A stretch of DNA of 62,846 bases, the filler included, from Guillardia theta CCMP2712 (taxonomy: Eukaryota; Protista; Cryptophyta), in the NCBI RefSeq assembly GCF_000315625.1. It is 6 parts of 6 records of this genome, joined end to end, with 100 filler letters (N's around TTAATTAATTAA, not from the genome) between each part and the next. Parts side by side here need not be neighbours in the genome. Positions count along the whole stretch, not along the records: positions 44,570 to 60,488 come from NW_005434311.1; positions 60,589 to 62,846 come from NW_005434515.1; 4 more parts are not named here. The stretch is one strand, 5' to 3'. Of this stretch, positions 59,545-62,846 are shown in pieces. The notes under the pieces were generated by a model. That model was given only the letters and a program-made list of their open reading frames with translations. It did no database searches and was not told the origin of the DNA. Both the position numbers and the translations under genes were made by a program. Position 1 is the first letter of the stretch; each line of letters begins with the position of its first letter.

Positions 59545-60175
59545 TTGTCCTTCTCCCTCAGCACATCCTCCCCGCATGTCTCTACAACATACCGCAGCAC
59601 CTCCAAGTGCCCTCTGAGACTCGCCCAGTGCGCGCATGTCTTGCCGTACTTGTCCTTCTCCCTCAGCACATCCTCCCCGCATGTCTCTACAACATACCGC
59701 ACTACCTCCAAGTGCCCTCTGAGACTCGCCGTATGCGCGCATGTCCTGCCGTGCTTGGCCTTCTCCCTCAGCACCTCCTCCCCGCATGTCTCTACAGCAT
59801 ACCGCACTACCTCCAACTGCCCTCCCTCACTCGCCCAGTGCGCGCATGTCCAGCCGTCATTGTCCTTCTCCCTCAGTACCTCCTCCCCGCATGTCTCCCC
59901 AACATACCGCACTACCTCCAAGTGCCCTCTGAGACTCGCCCAGTGAGCGCATGTCCTGCCGTCAAAGTCCTTCTCCCTCAGTACCTCCTCCCCGCATGTC
60001 TCTACAGCATACCGCAGCACCTCCAACTGCCCTCCCTCACTCGCCCAGTGCGCGCATGTCTTGCCGTTATTGTCCTTCTCCCTCAGTACCTCCTCCCCGC
60101 ATGTCTCCCCAACATACCGCACTACCTCCAAGTTCCCTTCAGCACTCGCATACTGCGCGCATGTCTTGCCGTCTC
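59545..60175 (-). pseudogene. Orphan cassette of six 35-aa (105-bp) ankyrin repeats of the ART-ankyrin family
   Basis: Units KDxxGxTCAHxASxxGxLEVxRYxxETCGExVLRE are near-identical to the last repeat of the gene at 46186-48721. The array begins and ends abruptly, with in-frame stops immediately upstream and no ART domain. It could alternatively be a terminal exon. Confidence 0.6.
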
Positions 60176-60532
60176 ACTCTCAGCTTGTCTCCGACGCAGA
60201 GGTCCATCCATTCCTGGTGATATTCTTTGCAGGTCACTTTGACCAGGACGCTCCCGCACTGGACCTCACAGCTCTGATCCACAAACTTCTTCGTTACAAG
60301 CCCTTCGAAGATGTTTTGTACGATTTTGGATGCAAAGTTGTTCCAATCGACATTTCGGATGTCATTCTTCATAACTGCTTGAAGCTTGTAGCCATACTTC
60401 TGAATGCCAATGTCCTTGGACATCTTGAGATTCAGTTTCTCGCACAACTGCTTTGCTTTGTCCGAAGAGGAGCAGTGAATAGAGCACGNNNNNNNNNNNN
60501 NNNNNNNNNNNNNNNNNNNNNNNNNNNNNNNN

Positions 60533-60544
60533 TTAATTAATTAA
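60533..60544. other. Artificial scaffold linker
   Basis: TTAATTAATTAA within N runs. Confidence 0.97.
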
Positions 60545-60588
60545 NNNNNNNNNNNNNNNNNNNNNNNNNNNNNNNNNNNNNNNNNNNN

Positions 60589-61490
60589 AGATCTCGAGCA
60601 GTGAACGTCCAGGCTATGAGGAGAGGGCAACATCCGGGACATCGGCTGGTCAGAGTACCAAGCGAGGAAGCGAGCGATAGCCGTATAGTAAACAGCGGGG
60701 TGTAGACCCTCAGAGGGCGTGAACTCGTCCCCTCCCCGACTATGCGGAAGCTCCCGCTTGAACCTCGCAAACTCTAGCAGGTCGGGATGCGCGGCAAGGT
60801 ACTGCGAGGAAGGCCAGCGGTGGTATTTCTCAAGCGCCAGGTGGACAGAGAGGTCAAAGCGACGAATCTGTGATTGGACCCGCGGGAGAAACGGAGAAGA
60901 CCCCTGGAGGAAGAAGCGCAGCTTCTGGAGATGGCTCGCCCTCACCAGCGTCTTGAACATGAAGCCATGCTGGACGAGCCCGAGCTTCGAGAGCTCTTCG
61001 TTGAGGGTAGAAACCTTCGCTCGGAGCTGACTAGCATGAAATCCATCCGTGCCGATAGGCAGGCCGCCAAGTGTAATCCCGCCAGTGACGACCTCGAAGT
61101 GAAGAAGTTGAGTCTTGAGACGGCGCTTAAGGCTCTTCTTCAGCTGCGAGAGATCAGGGTGTTGATGCCAGGAGGGGATGTAAACTTTCGACTCGCGAGG
61201 TTGAATCTCTAGCTTCAGATCAGCTAACATGTACTTCTTCATAGCGGACGTAGCTGCAACGGCATCCTCGAGTGGACCGACAAGCACGACGTTGTCAGCA
61301 TAGGCCAAGACTCGAACAGAGGGAAAAAGCTCTGCGATATGGAGGAGCAGGGGGTGGATACTGTGGCAGAAAAATACGCTGGAGGGGACATCGCCCTGAC
61401 AGACGCCCGAGGTACACTGAACGGAGGCTGACTGACTTTTGTGAAAGAGTCGAAGGTCAGCAGTCTCCATAGTAGCTGGAGAGGTCCTTA
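60589..61490 (-). mobile_element. 5'-truncated non-LTR retrotransposon fragment (reverse transcriptase palm and thumb)
   Basis: GVCQGDVPSSVFF, LAYADNVVLVG (YADD changed to YADN), LEIQPRESKVY, LGGLPIG and LPHSRGG follow the non-LTR RT/thumb motif order. Confidence 0.85.
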
Positions 61491-62846
61491 TAGGATTTAC
61501 TGGCAGAAGATAAAAAGTGCCTCAAGCAAAACAAAGCAGGAACAAGCTGAACCGGCAGGTACACAGTCCACAGCGAGAAGCTGCACAAACACACACAAAA
61601 CACAAGCCCGAAAAGAACCAGCACTGCTGGCACCCAGACGCGGCATCGCCAGCCCAAGCGAGAAGCCGCGCAGACAAGCAGCCTAAGGGTCAAGCAATCC
61701 AGCAACAAGCAGCAGGAGCATGCAGGAGGAATGTGTATAGGATTTACTGGCAGAAGATGAAAAGTGCCTCAAGCAAAACAAAGGAATAACATCCCTTAGA
61801 CGCGATACCCGGAGGCAGCCGACTGACCACTGTCAGTCGAGACGTCCGCTGCCGCCACAAAGCGGGCGGCCGCGTACGGAGAAAGGGCAGCCGCCGACAA
61901 GGAGCCGGCGCTGCCCTGTTGTCCGCCTGGGGCAGCGGACGGAGGGAGGCTGGACACATGAACACGGTACCGCTCGAGGTAGTCCTCCTCGCTAGCCTCC
62001 GAGTCAGCGGTAGCCGAGTCAGTGGTAGCCGCCCGTGACGGCGGCGACCCCGCCCCAATGCCCAAGGGACTGGCGTGACCCGACCGATGCCCGGGGAGGA
62101 AGCAGGCGAGCTCGGACCAGCAGCAAGCACCCCAGTGGTGTCGAGCTCTCCGGAGGCACCCGACGTCACAGTGAGGGACGGAGACGCCTCGCCAGCTCCG
62201 CGCCGATCGTCGGGGCCACTCGAAGGGTGTCCCCCATCGGAGTCGGAGACCTCCGGCGAAGACTCCTCGGGCGACTCGACAAAGTCCGAGGAGGAGCTGT
62301 CCTCTGGCTCGAGAAGTGCTTGCGCCCGCAAGGGCGTCATGCGCCTCGCACCAGACAAGAGCGCCTCCAGCGTAAGCTGCATGGTGAGGCGCTGATAGGA
62401 CAGGATTTACTGGCAGAAGATAAAAAGTGCCTCAAGCAAAACAAAGCAGGAACAAGCTGAACCGGCAGGTACACAGTTCACAGCGAGAAGCTGCACAAAC
62501 ACACACAAAACACAAGCCCGAAAAGAACCAGCACTGCTGGCACCCAGACGCGGCATCGCCAGCCCAAGCGAGAAGCCGCGCAGACAAGCAGCCTAAGGGT
62601 AAAGCAATCAAGCAACAAGCAGCAGGAGCATGCAGGAGGAATAACATCCCTTAGACGCGATACCCGGAGGCAGCCGACTGACCACTGTTAGTCGAGACGT
62701 CCGCTGCCTCCTCAAAGCGGGCGGCCGCGGACGGAGAAAGGGCAGCCACCGACAAGGAGCCGGCGCTGCCCGGGTGTCCGCCTGGGGCAGCCGACGGAGG
62801 TAGGCTGGACACATGAACAGGCACCCGCTCGAGGTTGTCCTCCTCG
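61491..62846 (-). mobile_element. Head-to-tail array of putative 3' ends of the same element (ORF end plus about 250-nt 3'UTR-like unit)
   Basis: 61492-61732 matches 62402-62642 (3 mismatches). 61785-61991 matches 62639-62846 (diverged). A partial unit lies at 61739-61784. All three units end in CAGTAAATCCT on the minus strand. Confidence 0.7.

Noticed and set aside
59545-62846. RT near variable ankyrin repeats and a repeat pair as a diversity-generating retroelement
   Set aside because: A scaffold linker separates the RT from the ankyrin cassette. The RT is non-LTR type (QGD rather than the DGR SQ motif), and mismatches between repeat copies are not adenine-specific.

Overview
Intron-rich, microsatellite-rich eukaryotic nuclear DNA. 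Gene content and style (short GT-AG introns, bipartite presequences, RWP-RK gene, ART-ankyrin family) suggest a cryptophyte such as Guillardia theta (inference). The window is not one locus. It is six scaffolds joined by artificial N44-TTAATTAATTAA-N44 linkers (at 10155, 18856, 35010, 44514, 60533), with further internal N gaps. Recognisable genes: an OPR-like/Not4-RING/hnRNP-Q-AcD fusion, a proteasome alpha subunit with signal peptide plus LRLRGG, a DTW protein, pICln, PPCDC, an ABHD17-like hydrolase, an RNF126-like E3, DedA, an EF-hand cation channel and an RWP-RK factor. Highlights: (1) a hidden SAP-domain selenoprotein H with an in-frame UGA in CKSU and a well-formed SECIS in its 3'UTR; (2) a set of effector-plus-variable-repeat genes (two R-S-E-type ADP-ribosyltransferase-ankyrin genes, an orphan ankyrin cassette varying at DARPin-like positions, and a U-box/pseudo-tyrosine-kinase/armadillo gene) that may form a diversified immune-like receptor repertoire; (3) a head-to-tail array of variably 5'-truncated non-LTR retroelement copies resembling telomeric or self-targeting retrotransposon arrays. 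Gene ends were inferred by manual splicing and are approximate.
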